From Promethearchaeota archaeon (GTDB lineage Archaea; Asgardarchaeota; Lokiarchaeia; Sigyniarchaeales; SOKP01), in contig RDOE01000053.1 of NCBI GenBank assembly GCA_011364975.1, positions 1 through 22,155 on the forward strand: a stretch of DNA of 22,155 bases. Direction: 5' to 3'. This document shows, piece after piece, positions 8,198 through 16,747 of the stretch (within the stretch, counting starts at the first letter, position 1; the number at the start of each line of letters is the position of its first letter). The translations under genes were made by a program, and so were the position numbers. Under the pieces are notes generated by a model. It worked only from the letters and a program-made list of their open reading frames with translations. It did not search any database and was not told the origin of the DNA.

Positions 8198-9540
8198 CCT
8201 GAATTATTATTATTATTATTTTGCTTCTTTTTAGGTTTAAATTCATCTGAAACGTAGGGTTGGGCATATTTATTCACGATTTCAAAAAACTCTTTATCTC
8301 CAACACCTTTAGTTATTTTCTTTAATTCTTGTTTAATTTTCTTAAATGATTTTCTTAATTCTTCCTTGGAAGTCTCTTCATGTTTTTTCTTTACCTCAGA
8401 TACAATTTTTTTAATTATATCTTCAGGGATGTCTAAATCTAACACTTCAATTTTATTCTTTAGAGCATGTAAAATCGATTGAGACCCTGAAAATTTTCCA
8501 AGATAAAACTTTCTTCTCCTACCAACCATTTGTGGATTAATAGGCTCATATGTCAATGGGTGCGCTAATATTGCAGCAATATGAAGTCCACTTTCATGAC
8601 TAAAAGCATAATCTCCTACTATTGGTTTATATTGAGAAAGAGGTTTGCAAAAATATTTCTCGCAAATTTCACTCAATTCAGGCAATCTCTTTAGATTTAT
8701 ACCTGTATTGATTCCCATTCGTTCTAGAATTGTGGCAACTTCTTCTAGAGCGGCATTTCCCGCTCTTTCACCATAACCATTTATACATGTATGAGGGTAT
8801 TTACAACCCTCGAATACTCCAGTAACAGTATTTGCTACTGCTAAGCCAAAATCATTATGAGTATGAATTCCCATTGGTATTTCTTTTCCTAACGGCTTTA
8901 GGACTTCTCTTTTAATCCGATTAATTAAATAATTTGTAGATTGAGGTGTTAATATACCCACGGTATCTCCTAAAACGATTCTCTCTGCGCCAGCTTTTAT
9001 AGCTGTCTGAAAAACATTTTTTAAGTGAGGGAAGTCACATCTCGTTCCATCTTCAGAAACCCAGTTAACTTTCAAACCATTATCTTTAGCATAAAGAATA
9101 GAACTATTAATCTTTTCTAATTGTTCTTCTGGAGTTTGCTTTAAAGTTTTTCTAAATATTGGAGATATTGGCATAAAAACCACTATCTCACTTAAATCAG
9201 CATCAATACAAGCATTAATATCTTCTTCCTTTGGGCGAGCAATTCCCAAAATAGTTGCATTTTTACAATCTTCATTAACAATTGTTTTAACTATTTTTTT
9301 CTCTGATTCTGAAACTGCTGGAAATCCAACTGCAATCAATTTCACTCCAATTTCATCCATTAATTTTGCAAGATGGATTTTTTCTTCTAATGTTAAATAA
9401 ACGGTGGGGCTCTGTTCTCCATCACGTAGGGTTTCATCCCAAATGTATACTTCTGAAGGTAAATCTAAATTCTCTAATGCTACTTTATTATAATCTATCA
9501 GTAGCTCTTCTAATTCTTCAGTTGTAAATTTATAACTCAT
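8194..9540 (-). CDS. Homocitrate synthase / isopropylmalate-citramalate synthase family (DRE-TIM), lacking the LeuA regulatory domain
   Basis: DETLRDGEQ, HTHNDFGLAVAN, NGYGERAGNAALEE and FSHESGLH motifs; 448 aa. Confidence 0.88.
   Translation of the reverse strand: MSYKFTTEELEELLIDYNKVALENLDLPSEVYIWDETLRDGEQSPTVYLTLEEKIHLAKLMDEIGVKLIAVGFPAVSESEKKIVKTIVNEDCKNATILGIARPKEEDINACIDADLSEIVVFMPISPIFRKTLKQTPEEQLEKINSSILYAKDNGLKVNWVSEDGTRCDFPHLKNVFQTAIKAGAERIVLGDTVGILTPQSTNYLINRIKREVLKPLGKEIPMGIHTHNDFGLAVANTVTGVFEGCKYPHTCINGYGERAGNAALEEVATILERMGINTGINLKRLPELSEICEKYFCKPLSQYKPIVGDYAFSHESGLHIAAILAHPLTYEPINPQMVGRRRKFYLGKFSGSQSILHALKNKIEVLDLDIPEDIIKKIVSEVKKKHEETSKEELRKSFKKIKQELKKITKGVGDKEFFEIVNKYAQPYVSDEFKPKKKQNNNNNNSG
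8203..8220. repeat. (ATT)6 microsatellite encoding a poly-Asn tail
   Basis: attattattattattatt, read as NNNNNN at the C-terminus of the minus-strand synthase. Confidence 0.8.
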
Positions 9541-9658
9541 TTTTAAATGAAAATAAGACTAATAAAGTTGAGTAGTAAAATTCTTGAGAATAAATAAATT
9601 AAATTGTTTAATTAAATTGAGCTGAAAATATTAAATATTATTAAATTGAATTAATTAG

Positions 9659-10168
9659 TTAATTAGAATCAGAATGGTCATGACTACAATTACTATTACA
9701 ACTCATTCCCATGAAAAACGGATTTGGGAGGGGATCTGGTTCTAAACCAGCCTCAATCAATTTTATTACAAATTTTACTCTTCTTCCAGCAAGGGGTGGA
9801 TTCATATCCACTATTATAAAGTCATCCTCGATAAGTCTAACCCACGCTGGGGAACTCATACCATTTGCTCCAACAAAATCAACTATATCTCCAACCTTAA
9901 TTTGATCTGAATATTGAGTTCGTGGTACTTTTTCCACTAATAAAGGCTCAAATGTTCCAAAGGCGTCCTCTGGTTCAAGTATAATCACTTTCTCATCTCC
10001 TACTTCCATTCCAACAATGGAATTTTCTAATCCTCTTATTATTTGTCCAGCTCCTAATTGGATTTTTATTGGTTCCCCATTGCTAAGTTCGCTTGAATCA
10101 ATAAATGCTCCATCTTCTTCATATAGGATATAATCTATTTTAACTACATCCCCACTTTTTACTCCCAT
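9659..10168 (-). CDS. slyD: FKBP-type peptidyl-prolyl isomerase, SlyD-like, with Cys/His tail
   Basis: GDVVKIDY, GQIIRGLENSIVGMEVGDEK, PEDAFG and VDMNPPLAG motifs; tail MSCNSNCSHDHSDSN. ATG at 10168 follows a GTGGCGA RBS-like motif. Confidence 0.85.
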   Translation of the reverse strand: MGVKSGDVVKIDYILYEEDGAFIDSSELSNGEPIKIQLGAGQIIRGLENSIVGMEVGDEKVIILEPEDAFGTFEPLLVEKVPRTQYSDQIKVGDIVDFVGANGMSSPAWVRLIEDDFIIVDMNPPLAGRRVKFVIKLIEAGLEPDPLPNPFFMGMSCNSNCSHDHSDSN

Positions 10169-10325
10169 ATTCGCCACAAACAATAATTACTTCTTATCTA
10201 AATAATACATTATTTCTTTCTTTAATACTAATTTGGTTATAATATAAAAATGAATACATGACGGGAATTTAAAAAATAAAAGTATTATGAAATCACTCTC
10301 ATAATTAGATAATTGCTTATATGAA

Positions 10326-11141
10326 TTAGGATTTTGAAAAACCACCATGATGAAATTCAATATAATATTCAATATTTAGATTTTGACAATATGCGTCTAT
10401 TTCTGACGCTAACGCATCCCATAATGAGTTATCTTTTCTGAACCTTTCATACATAGATAAAAGGTTAGGATATTGCTCTCTGACTAATTTAAATATCCGC
10501 GGCACGTTATGGGGTCTAAAGTTTAAGTTTTCAAACATGTAGGAATCAGTATACTCTAAAGTCTTCTCAATAATGTCTTTATAGAGTGTAATTCCTGGAA
10601 AAAATGGAGAGATAAATGTGTACGTTTTTATTCCATTATCATGAATTTCTTTTAGCGCATCCAATCTTTCTTGCGGTCTTGACGCGCCCCTTTCTACAAG
10701 TTTAGCAAAGTTAACATCTAAAGTACTGATTGAAATTCCAACCTCAAGATTTTGGAATTGTTTAAATAAATCAATATCTCTTGTAACAAATTTTGATTTC
10801 GTTAATATCGAAATATAAGCTGTAGTGTCAATTAAACGCTCTAAAATTTTTCTAGTATTCTGATATTTTAATTCTAATGGAATATAGGGATCAGTTACTG
10901 AGCTGAGTAATATACGTTTCCCATCATACTTTTGAGGTTTAATCTTATTAAAATCATATCTTTTAACATCTAAGAAATTTCCCCATTTTTCTCCTTTATG
11001 ATTGGTAAACCTTATCATGAATTCAGCATAACAATAAATACATCCGTGCTGACACCCCGTATATGGATTTATTACATAATCTATTTCAGGGATATTACTT
11101 TTAGTTATAATACTTCTTGCATCTCTATATTCTACTTTTAT
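10326..11141 (-). CDS. Radical SAM protein, SplB/spore-photoproduct-lyase-like family; probable non-canonical ATA start
   Basis: The frame extends upstream of the listed ATG 11018: IKVEYRDARSIITKSNIPEIDYVINPYTGCQHGCIYCYAEF (CxxxCxxC). SSVTDPY, ILTKS and RLDALKEI follow. In-frame TAA at 11162-11160, with no canonical start before the Cys motif. Confidence 0.9.
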   Translation of the reverse strand: MKVEYRDARSIITKSNIPEIDYVINPYTGCQHGCIYCYAEFMIRFTNHKGEKWGNFLDVKRYDFNKIKPQKYDGKRILLSSVTDPYIPLELKYQNTRKILERLIDTTAYISILTKSKFVTRDIDLFKQFQNLEVGISISTLDVNFAKLVERGASRPQERLDALKEIHDNGIKTYTFISPFFPGITLYKDIIEKTLEYTDSYMFENLNFRPHNVPRIFKLVREQYPNLLSMYERFRKDNSLWDALASEIDAYCQNLNIEYYIEFHHGGFSKS

Positions 11142-11421
11142 AGTATACCATCTCTTTTTTTATACTTCATTTACAAGATTAGATCATATATATATTCCCT
11201 TTTTCATAAAAATAATAATTATTAAAAAAAGGTTAACCTTTTTATGGTTCCCAGAGCATCCCCCAATATGGGACTTCAAATTTATTATTAATAAGATTGA
11301 AAAATTTTATTAGATCTAATGTGTTATAATTAAAAAGAAGAGGATCTTAAATTAAACTTATATTTTAGCCCCTTCAACAATATTTCAAACTTGAACTTAC
11401 CCCAATCTTCTATCTAGTGAA

Positions 11422-11826
11422 TTAATCATGGTGATGATGATGTTCTTCACCATCTTCATGAATTTTTTCTACGCCATATCCTTTTCCTGCGCTTGGGTTG
11501 CAAAGGTTCTCTCCCTGTAAATTTTTAATTTCTCCATTCAATATCTTCTTAATAATATTATCTATATCACCTTCAACCCCAGTAATTATTTCAATATTAT
11601 ATTGATTAAAAAAATCTCTTGCTCTATGACCCATTCCCCCAGCGATCATGTAATTAACATCATTTTCCTTCATCAATTTAGGGATACTTCCCACAGTATG
11701 ACCTGGATTTGGAATTACTCTTTTTTCTACAACTTTATTATTTTCAATTTTTACTAAGGTAAATTCAGGCGCTCTCCCGAAATGAGGATATACACGAGTT
11801 GAATCAGTACTTATTCCAATTATCAA
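11422..11826 (-). CDS. NifB/NifX (dinitrogenase FeMo-cofactor-binding) family protein with His-rich tail
   Basis: HFGRAPEF, NPGH, IAGGMG and ITGVEG motifs; C-terminal C...GKGYG...HEDGEEHHHHHD. TTG start. Confidence 0.88.
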   Translation of the reverse strand: MIIGISTDSTRVYPHFGRAPEFTLVKIENNKVVEKRVIPNPGHTVGSIPKLMKENDVNYMIAGGMGHRARDFFNQYNIEIITGVEGDIDNIIKKILNGEIKNLQGENLCNPSAGKGYGVEKIHEDGEEHHHHHD

Positions 11827-11932
11827 ATCAATTTCATCTCTTTAATTTAGTTTTATCATATAATTAGAAGTAATTGCAGATTTTAAATATTTTGAATGAT
11901 TATTCGTTATAGAAATAACAAAAAAATCAGCT

Positions 11933-12373
11933 ATGTCTAGAGAGGAATTTGATAAATTTGTTGATGAACTTCAAAAAGAAATGATAAAAAAAGAATTGGA
12001 GGATTATAACGAATATATCGTAAATTTATTCCATAATCCTAAGAATTGGGGCAAATTATCACCAGAAGACGCTTCAGTTACCCACTCATATAAAGGTCCC
12101 TGTGGTGACACTATGCAGTTTTTCTTTAAAATTAAGAATAACATTATCGAGAAAGCTACTTTCATAACGGATGGTTGCGGCGCGAGTATAGCAACGGGAA
12201 GTCAAGTAACAATCATTTTACAAGGAAAAACTTTAAATTTTGCAGAAAAATTGACACCTATAGATATAGATTCTGCCCTTCATGGACTTCCTGATGATCA
12301 TAAACACTGTGCAGAATTAGCAGTAAGAACAATTAAACAAGCAATTGATAAATATAAAGCTAATAAAATCTAA
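11933..12373 (+). CDS. IscU/NifU-type Fe-S cluster scaffold
   Basis: NPKNWG and three conserved Cys: GPCGDTM, DGCGASIA and HKHCAELA. Confidence 0.92.
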   Translation: MSREEFDKFVDELQKEMIKKELEDYNEYIVNLFHNPKNWGKLSPEDASVTHSYKGPCGDTMQFFFKIKNNIIEKATFITDGCGASIATGSQVTIILQGKTLNFAEKLTPIDIDSALHGLPDDHKHCAELAVRTIKQAIDKYKANKI

Positions 12374-12385
12374 TTAGAAATGTAA

Positions 12386-13315
12386 ATGAAATTTGTTTAT
12401 GGCCCTGTACCTAGCAGAAGATTAGGTCGCTCCTTAGGGATCGATCCTCTTCCTTCAAAGACATGTAATTATCAGTGTATCTACTGTCAGTTAGGAAAAA
12501 CCACGTGTTTTACGAATAGGAGAAGTAATTTTTATCCAAAAGAAGAAATTATTTCTGAAATAAAAACTGCAATCGAATTAAATGAAGATAATATAGATTA
12601 TGTTACTTTTGTTGGAAGTGGAGAACCAACCTTATATAAAGATTTAAAAGAATTGATTCAGTATGCAAAGAAAATATCTAACAAACCTATTTGTGTTATC
12701 ACTAATGGTAGCTTACTTAATGATGAAGGGGTGGTTGATGCTTTACTATTGAGTAACGTCGTATTACCTAGTCTAGACGCAGGAGATGAACTTTTATTTA
12801 AGAAAGTTAACCGACCACATCCTTCATTAAAGTTTGAAAAAATAATTCAAGGATTTATCGATTTTAGGAAAAATTTTAGGGGTAAATTTTGGATAGAAAT
12901 CATGTTAATGAAAGAAATTAACGATTCGAGAAATCAGCTTAAAAATTTAAAAGAGAAAATAGATCTTATTCAACCTGATAGAATTGATATTAATGTTCCC
13001 ATACGACCTCCTACAGAAAAATGGGTAAAAATACCTGATAAACAAATCCTTTCAAGGTTAAATGAAATCTTTATCGAATGTAACTGTATTAACTTTCCTG
13101 AGGAAGGAACTTTTCTTACATTTTCATCAGATTTTGAGAAAGAGCTACTTTCCGTAATTAAACGACATCCATTGAGACAAGAACAAATAATTATGAATTT
13201 TTCATCTACTATTCTAAGTGAAAACCATCTGAAACAACTATTATACAATCTTGAATCTGAGAGAAAAATAAAAAGAAAAATCTATAATAATCAAATATTT
13301 TGGATGTTGTATTAA
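12386..13315 (+). CDS. Radical SAM Fe-S oxidoreductase (COG0731-like)
   Basis: YGPVPSRRLGRSLGI, CNYQCIYCQLG, GSGEPTL, ITNGSLL and SLDAG motifs. Confidence 0.9.
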   Translation: MKFVYGPVPSRRLGRSLGIDPLPSKTCNYQCIYCQLGKTTCFTNRRSNFYPKEEIISEIKTAIELNEDNIDYVTFVGSGEPTLYKDLKELIQYAKKISNKPICVITNGSLLNDEGVVDALLLSNVVLPSLDAGDELLFKKVNRPHPSLKFEKIIQGFIDFRKNFRGKFWIEIMLMKEINDSRNQLKNLKEKIDLIQPDRIDINVPIRPPTEKWVKIPDKQILSRLNEIFIECNCINFPEEGTFLTFSSDFEKELLSVIKRHPLRQEQIIMNFSSTILSENHLKQLLYNLESERKIKRKIYNNQIFWMLY

Positions 13316-13505
13316 AAAAAATTAGTAATAACTCAAAGTAAATTTTAAAAAGTATCCTTACTTTATTCTCTCTTGAAAAACGTAATCCTATGTTTATTTG
13401 TATTACTCTACATAATAAAGTTCTTTATAATGGCTAATCATTTTTACATGATTCATATTATTTGTTCAATTTTAGCATTATTATTTTTTATTATTAAATA
13501 TAACT

Positions 13506-13541
13506 AAAAGTTTTAAATGATTACTTGCATATATTAATCAT
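13506..13541 (+). promoter_or_regulatory. feoAB promoter (BRE + TATA) overlapped by an inverted repeat
   Basis: AAAAG-TTTTAAAT at 13506-13518, then ATGATTA-N11-TAATCAT at 13517-13541. Confidence 0.45.
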
Positions 13542-13581
13542 AGAAGTGATCTAATTTTAAAATACTAATAGAGTTGATATT

Positions 13582-13911
13582 ATTCTAACCAATCATAAGG
13601 ATCACAGAAGATCTGATGAATCTTATACACCATTACTAAAATGTTTAACTGAGTGTGAATCAGGAGAAGAAGTCTTAGTTAAAAGCGTAAACATTGGTTA
13701 TAGACAAAGAACTAGATTGGCAAATCTTGGACTCTTTCCAGGAGTAAGAATTAAAAAAGTAAAAAGTGCTCCCTTTAGAGGTCCGTTAGAAGTTATTGTA
13801 AGGGGGACTTCCTTAGTGATTGGCAGAGGCATTGCTTCTAGAATAATGGTACAATGCGATCATGCATGTTTAAACCAACATAGAAAATATAGACATCATA
13901 ATTTTACATAG
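13582..13911 (+). CDS. feoA: Ferrous iron transport protein A; probable non-canonical ATT start
   Basis: The frame extends upstream of TTG 13717: ILTNHKDHRRSDESYTPLLKCLTECESGEEVLVKSVNIGYRQRTRLANLGLFPG...GPLEVIVRGTSLVIGRGIA. In-frame TAA at 13558-13560. GAGTTGA RBS-like motif at 13571-13577. Exact start is uncertain (13579/13582). Confidence 0.88.
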   Translation: MLTNHKDHRRSDESYTPLLKCLTECESGEEVLVKSVNIGYRQRTRLANLGLFPGVRIKKVKSAPFRGPLEVIVRGTSLVIGRGIASRIMVQCDHACLNQHRKYRHHNFT

Positions 13912-13941
13912 AGTTAAATTCTGGTTTATCCAAGTGATTTA

Positions 13942-15978
13942 ATGAGCTGTAATTTACCTAAAAAACATAATAAAAAAAATTATGAAACGTCAGATAATAT
14001 TATAAACATTGCGTTAGCAGGTAATCCTAACGTGGGAAAATCTGTTATATTTAATCAATTAACTGGCTTAAGTCAAACAATTGGTAATTGGCCCGGTAAA
14101 ACAATAGAACGAATGGAAGGTTCACTTGAATTTTTAGGATTTCATTTTAATATTGTTGACTTGCCTGGAATTTATTCATTATCTACTTACTCGTTGGAGG
14201 AGTTAGTAAGTAGAGAATACATTGTATCAGATAATGTTGATCTAATAGTTAATGTGATAGATGCTACAAACTTGGAACGTAATCTCTTTTTCACGTTTCA
14301 ACTATTAGAATTAAAGATTCCTATGATACTCGCAATTAATCAGATGGATATCTTACAAAAACGCAATCGAGACCTTGATTTTAATAAATTAGGGCAAATA
14401 TTCAAATTACCAGTTATACCATTAATAGCCGTTCATGGAAAAGGAATTCATGAAATTTTAGAAGCCGCAATCGAGTTATATAATAATAAAGATTATTCTT
14501 TTCCAGATTTATCCGTATTGTTGACATTTGGCAAAGAAATCGAAAATAAATTAACTATCTTAACTGAAAAATTATTAGAATATCCTGATATTCTTCGAAA
14601 AAGTGGTTATCCCCCAAGATTTTTAGTTATAAAGCTATTAGAAAATGATGAAGAAATTATTTCAATCGCTGAAGATGTTAAAGTTAATAGAGATCTCATT
14701 GAAATGGTAGATCTTTTTCGAAGAAATCTAGAAGATTTTCATGGTGAAGACATTCAAACTATTATTTCTTCAGAGATATATAATAATATAAACAAAATAA
14801 TAGCCGAAGTATTAATTGAAAAGTCCCACAAAGAAAGAACTAAAATAAATTTAGTAAATTGGATTGATCATTTAACAACTCATTCCTTTTTCGGATATTT
14901 AATTTTATTGGTAGTGCTTTTAGGGACCTATTTTTTTACATTTACTATAGGAGATTTCCTAGGTGGAATTATTGATGAAATCTATTCAGTATTAACTGAA
15001 CTTGTACATACCACTTTCGGTGAAAATTATCCCCTTATGCAAATAATTTGGGATGGTGCGGGGGGTGGATTTTTTGGAGCTCTCTCAGGTGTTCTAGTCT
15101 ATGTAGTTCCGTTCTTTTTCATAATCGAAATACTACAGGATTCAGGCTACTTGCCGAGAGCCGCTTTTTTAATGGATCGTGCCATGCATTCGCTAGGAGT
15201 CCATGGGAAAACAGTAATAACAATGATACTTGGATTTGGATGTAATGTTCCTGCTTGTGCAGGTTGTAGAATCATGGAAACTGAGAGAGAGAAAAAAATC
15301 TCGATTGCTTTAACTTCACTAATTCCTTGTGCTGCTGTAATGACTGTAGTAATGGGTTTAGTTGGGCGATATTTAGGATTAGGTTGGGTAGGTTTTCTTT
15401 TTATCATTAATTTTAGCGTTGTTTTACTTATGGGGCGAATCTTAAACAAATTCATGTCAGGAAGGTGTACTGAATTGATTATGGAAATGCATGAATATAG
15501 GGCTCCTAATTTTGAAGTGATTTTAAAACAAACATGGTTAAGATCAAAAGAATTTGTATATAAAGCACTTCCAATCATTATTCTTCTAGGTATTGGATTA
15601 GAAATTCTAGTTATTTTTAATATCTTATTACCCATCAATACCATTCTTTCTCCTATAACTGTCTTTTGGCTTGGGTTGCCTATCGTTACCGGAGTATTTT
15701 TGATTTATGGCATTTTACGAAAAGAACTAACTCTAGTACTATTAGTGTTATTCGCCGAAAATATGGGAATGACGTTGGTAGATTTATTAACCCCCATCCA
15801 AATGATAACCTTTAGCTTAGTGACAATGTTATATGTGCCTTGTTTTGCAACAATTATTATCATTGCAAAGCAAACGAGTTGGAAATATGCCTTACAAATT
15901 TCTTTTTTAGAGATTTCAATAGCATTATTAATAGGGGGAATATTTCACTTTGGTTTTGCTATTTTTGGAATTTTTTAA
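13942..15978 (+). CDS. feoB: Ferrous iron transport protein B
   Basis: GNPNVGKS, GNWPGKT, DLPGIYSL and NQMD G-motifs; membrane domain with DSGYLPRAAF, GFGCNVPA, IPC and LYVPC. Confidence 0.96.
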   Translation: MSCNLPKKHNKKNYETSDNIINIALAGNPNVGKSVIFNQLTGLSQTIGNWPGKTIERMEGSLEFLGFHFNIVDLPGIYSLSTYSLEELVSREYIVSDNVDLIVNVIDATNLERNLFFTFQLLELKIPMILAINQMDILQKRNRDLDFNKLGQIFKLPVIPLIAVHGKGIHEILEAAIELYNNKDYSFPDLSVLLTFGKEIENKLTILTEKLLEYPDILRKSGYPPRFLVIKLLENDEEIISIAEDVKVNRDLIEMVDLFRRNLEDFHGEDIQTIISSEIYNNINKIIAEVLIEKSHKERTKINLVNWIDHLTTHSFFGYLILLVVLLGTYFFTFTIGDFLGGIIDEIYSVLTELVHTTFGENYPLMQIIWDGAGGGFFGALSGVLVYVVPFFFIIEILQDSGYLPRAAFLMDRAMHSLGVHGKTVITMILGFGCNVPACAGCRIMETEREKKISIALTSLIPCAAVMTVVMGLVGRYLGLGWVGFLFIINFSVVLLMGRILNKFMSGRCTELIMEMHEYRAPNFEVILKQTWLRSKEFVYKALPIIILLGIGLEILVIFNILLPINTILSPITVFWLGLPIVTGVFLIYGILRKELTLVLLVLFAENMGMTLVDLLTPIQMITFSLVTMLYVPCFATIIIIAKQTSWKYALQISFLEISIALLIGGIFHFGFAIFGIF

Positions 15979-16055
15979 TTTTATCCTTTTTAAATTCATA
16001 AAAGGAAATATGAAAGATTAATTTGAAAATCAAAAAATAAGGAATAATAAAAAGT

Positions 16056-16475
16056 TTATTTAATAATATCTGTTATAAAACAAGTTTCCATTATTTTTAC
16101 ACCCTTTATTTGAGAGATTTTCTCTTCAATTAAAGGGTTAAATTGTTCGATCGAGGGAATTTCTACTTTAATGAATAAACCACATTCACCACTCAATCTC
16201 CAGATATCGGTAATTTCCTCAATTGCTTTCAACTCCTTTAGAATGTTTTTGATTTCCTTAAAATCTGGTTCGATTTTAAGAGTAGCTCTTGTTTTTGGCT
16301 TAGAATTCAAAGTGAATTCGATAGTATACTTTTTTATTACTCCCTGCTCTTCTAAACTTTTTACACGCCTTCGTACCGTAGCTTCAGTCTTTCCAACTGT
16401 ATGAGAAATATCATTAAATGAGATTCTACTATTTTCTTTTAATTCTTCTAAAATTTTAATATCAATTGCATCCAC
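16056..16475 (-). CDS. Lrp/AsnC family transcriptional regulator
   Basis: DAIDIKILEELKENSRISF..I...VGKTEATVRRRVKSLEEQGVIKKY HTH plus a C-terminal RAM domain. GTG start after AGGTTGAGG. Confidence 0.93.
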   Translation of the reverse strand: MDAIDIKILEELKENSRISFNDISHTVGKTEATVRRRVKSLEEQGVIKKYTIEFTLNSKPKTRATLKIEPDFKEIKNILKELKAIEEITDIWRLSGECGLFIKVEIPSIEQFNPLIEEKISQIKGVKIMETCFITDIIK

Positions 16476-16722
16476 TATAGCCTCAACCTTTCTAATAATT
16501 TTTTGATATTATACTAAATTATATTCATATTATGATAATAAGTGATGGATTTCTATATATATTTTTGTTAAAAGATGATAATAAATAACGAAAAGTTATT
16601 TTTTTTGTCGATCTAATAAATTAAACTAGTGGTTTTACTACTAATAATATAAGAAAAGCAATATGTCATTTACGATATGTTAAATAGCTAATAAAAAACT
16701 AATATTAGATTAAAAAACTGAT

Positions 16723-16741
16723 AAAAAAAAGTAAAAAAAAA
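16723..16741 (-). terminator. Oligo-T archaeal terminator downstream of the Sec23/24-like gene
   Basis: Two long A-tracts on + (T-tracts on -) directly after the stop at 16748. Confidence 0.5.
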
Positions 16742-16747
16742 GGTTAC

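Noticed and set aside
4455-9905. Shadow ORFs 4455..4652(-), 4953..5162(-), 7762..8076(-) and 9711..9905(+)
   Set aside because: They are antisense mirrors of longer genes, with the typical Ser/Phe-rich or motif-less composition.
10187-10372. 61-aa minus-strand ORF between slyD and the radical SAM gene
   Set aside because: It overlaps the radical SAM 3' end in another frame, is AT-rich and has no RBS or motif.
10998-11225. 75-aa plus-strand ORF
   Set aside because: It is antisense to the true N-terminal extension (CxxxCxxC) of the radical SAM gene.
11422-12373. Nitrogen-fixation cluster suggested by the NifX-like and NifU-like genes
   Set aside because: There is no nifH/D/K/E/N, and both families are widespread in non-diazotrophic anaerobes.
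12970-16404. Shadow ORFs 12970..13248(-), 15048..15245(+), 15147..15644(-) and 16171..16404(+)
   Set aside because: They are nested in or antisense to the radical SAM, feoB and Lrp genes.
16476-16747. Possible ncRNA or operator upstream of lrp (e.g. TCATA-T-TATGA)
   Set aside because: Only short AT-rich palindromes were found, as expected by chance at this composition, and there is no GC-rich stem.
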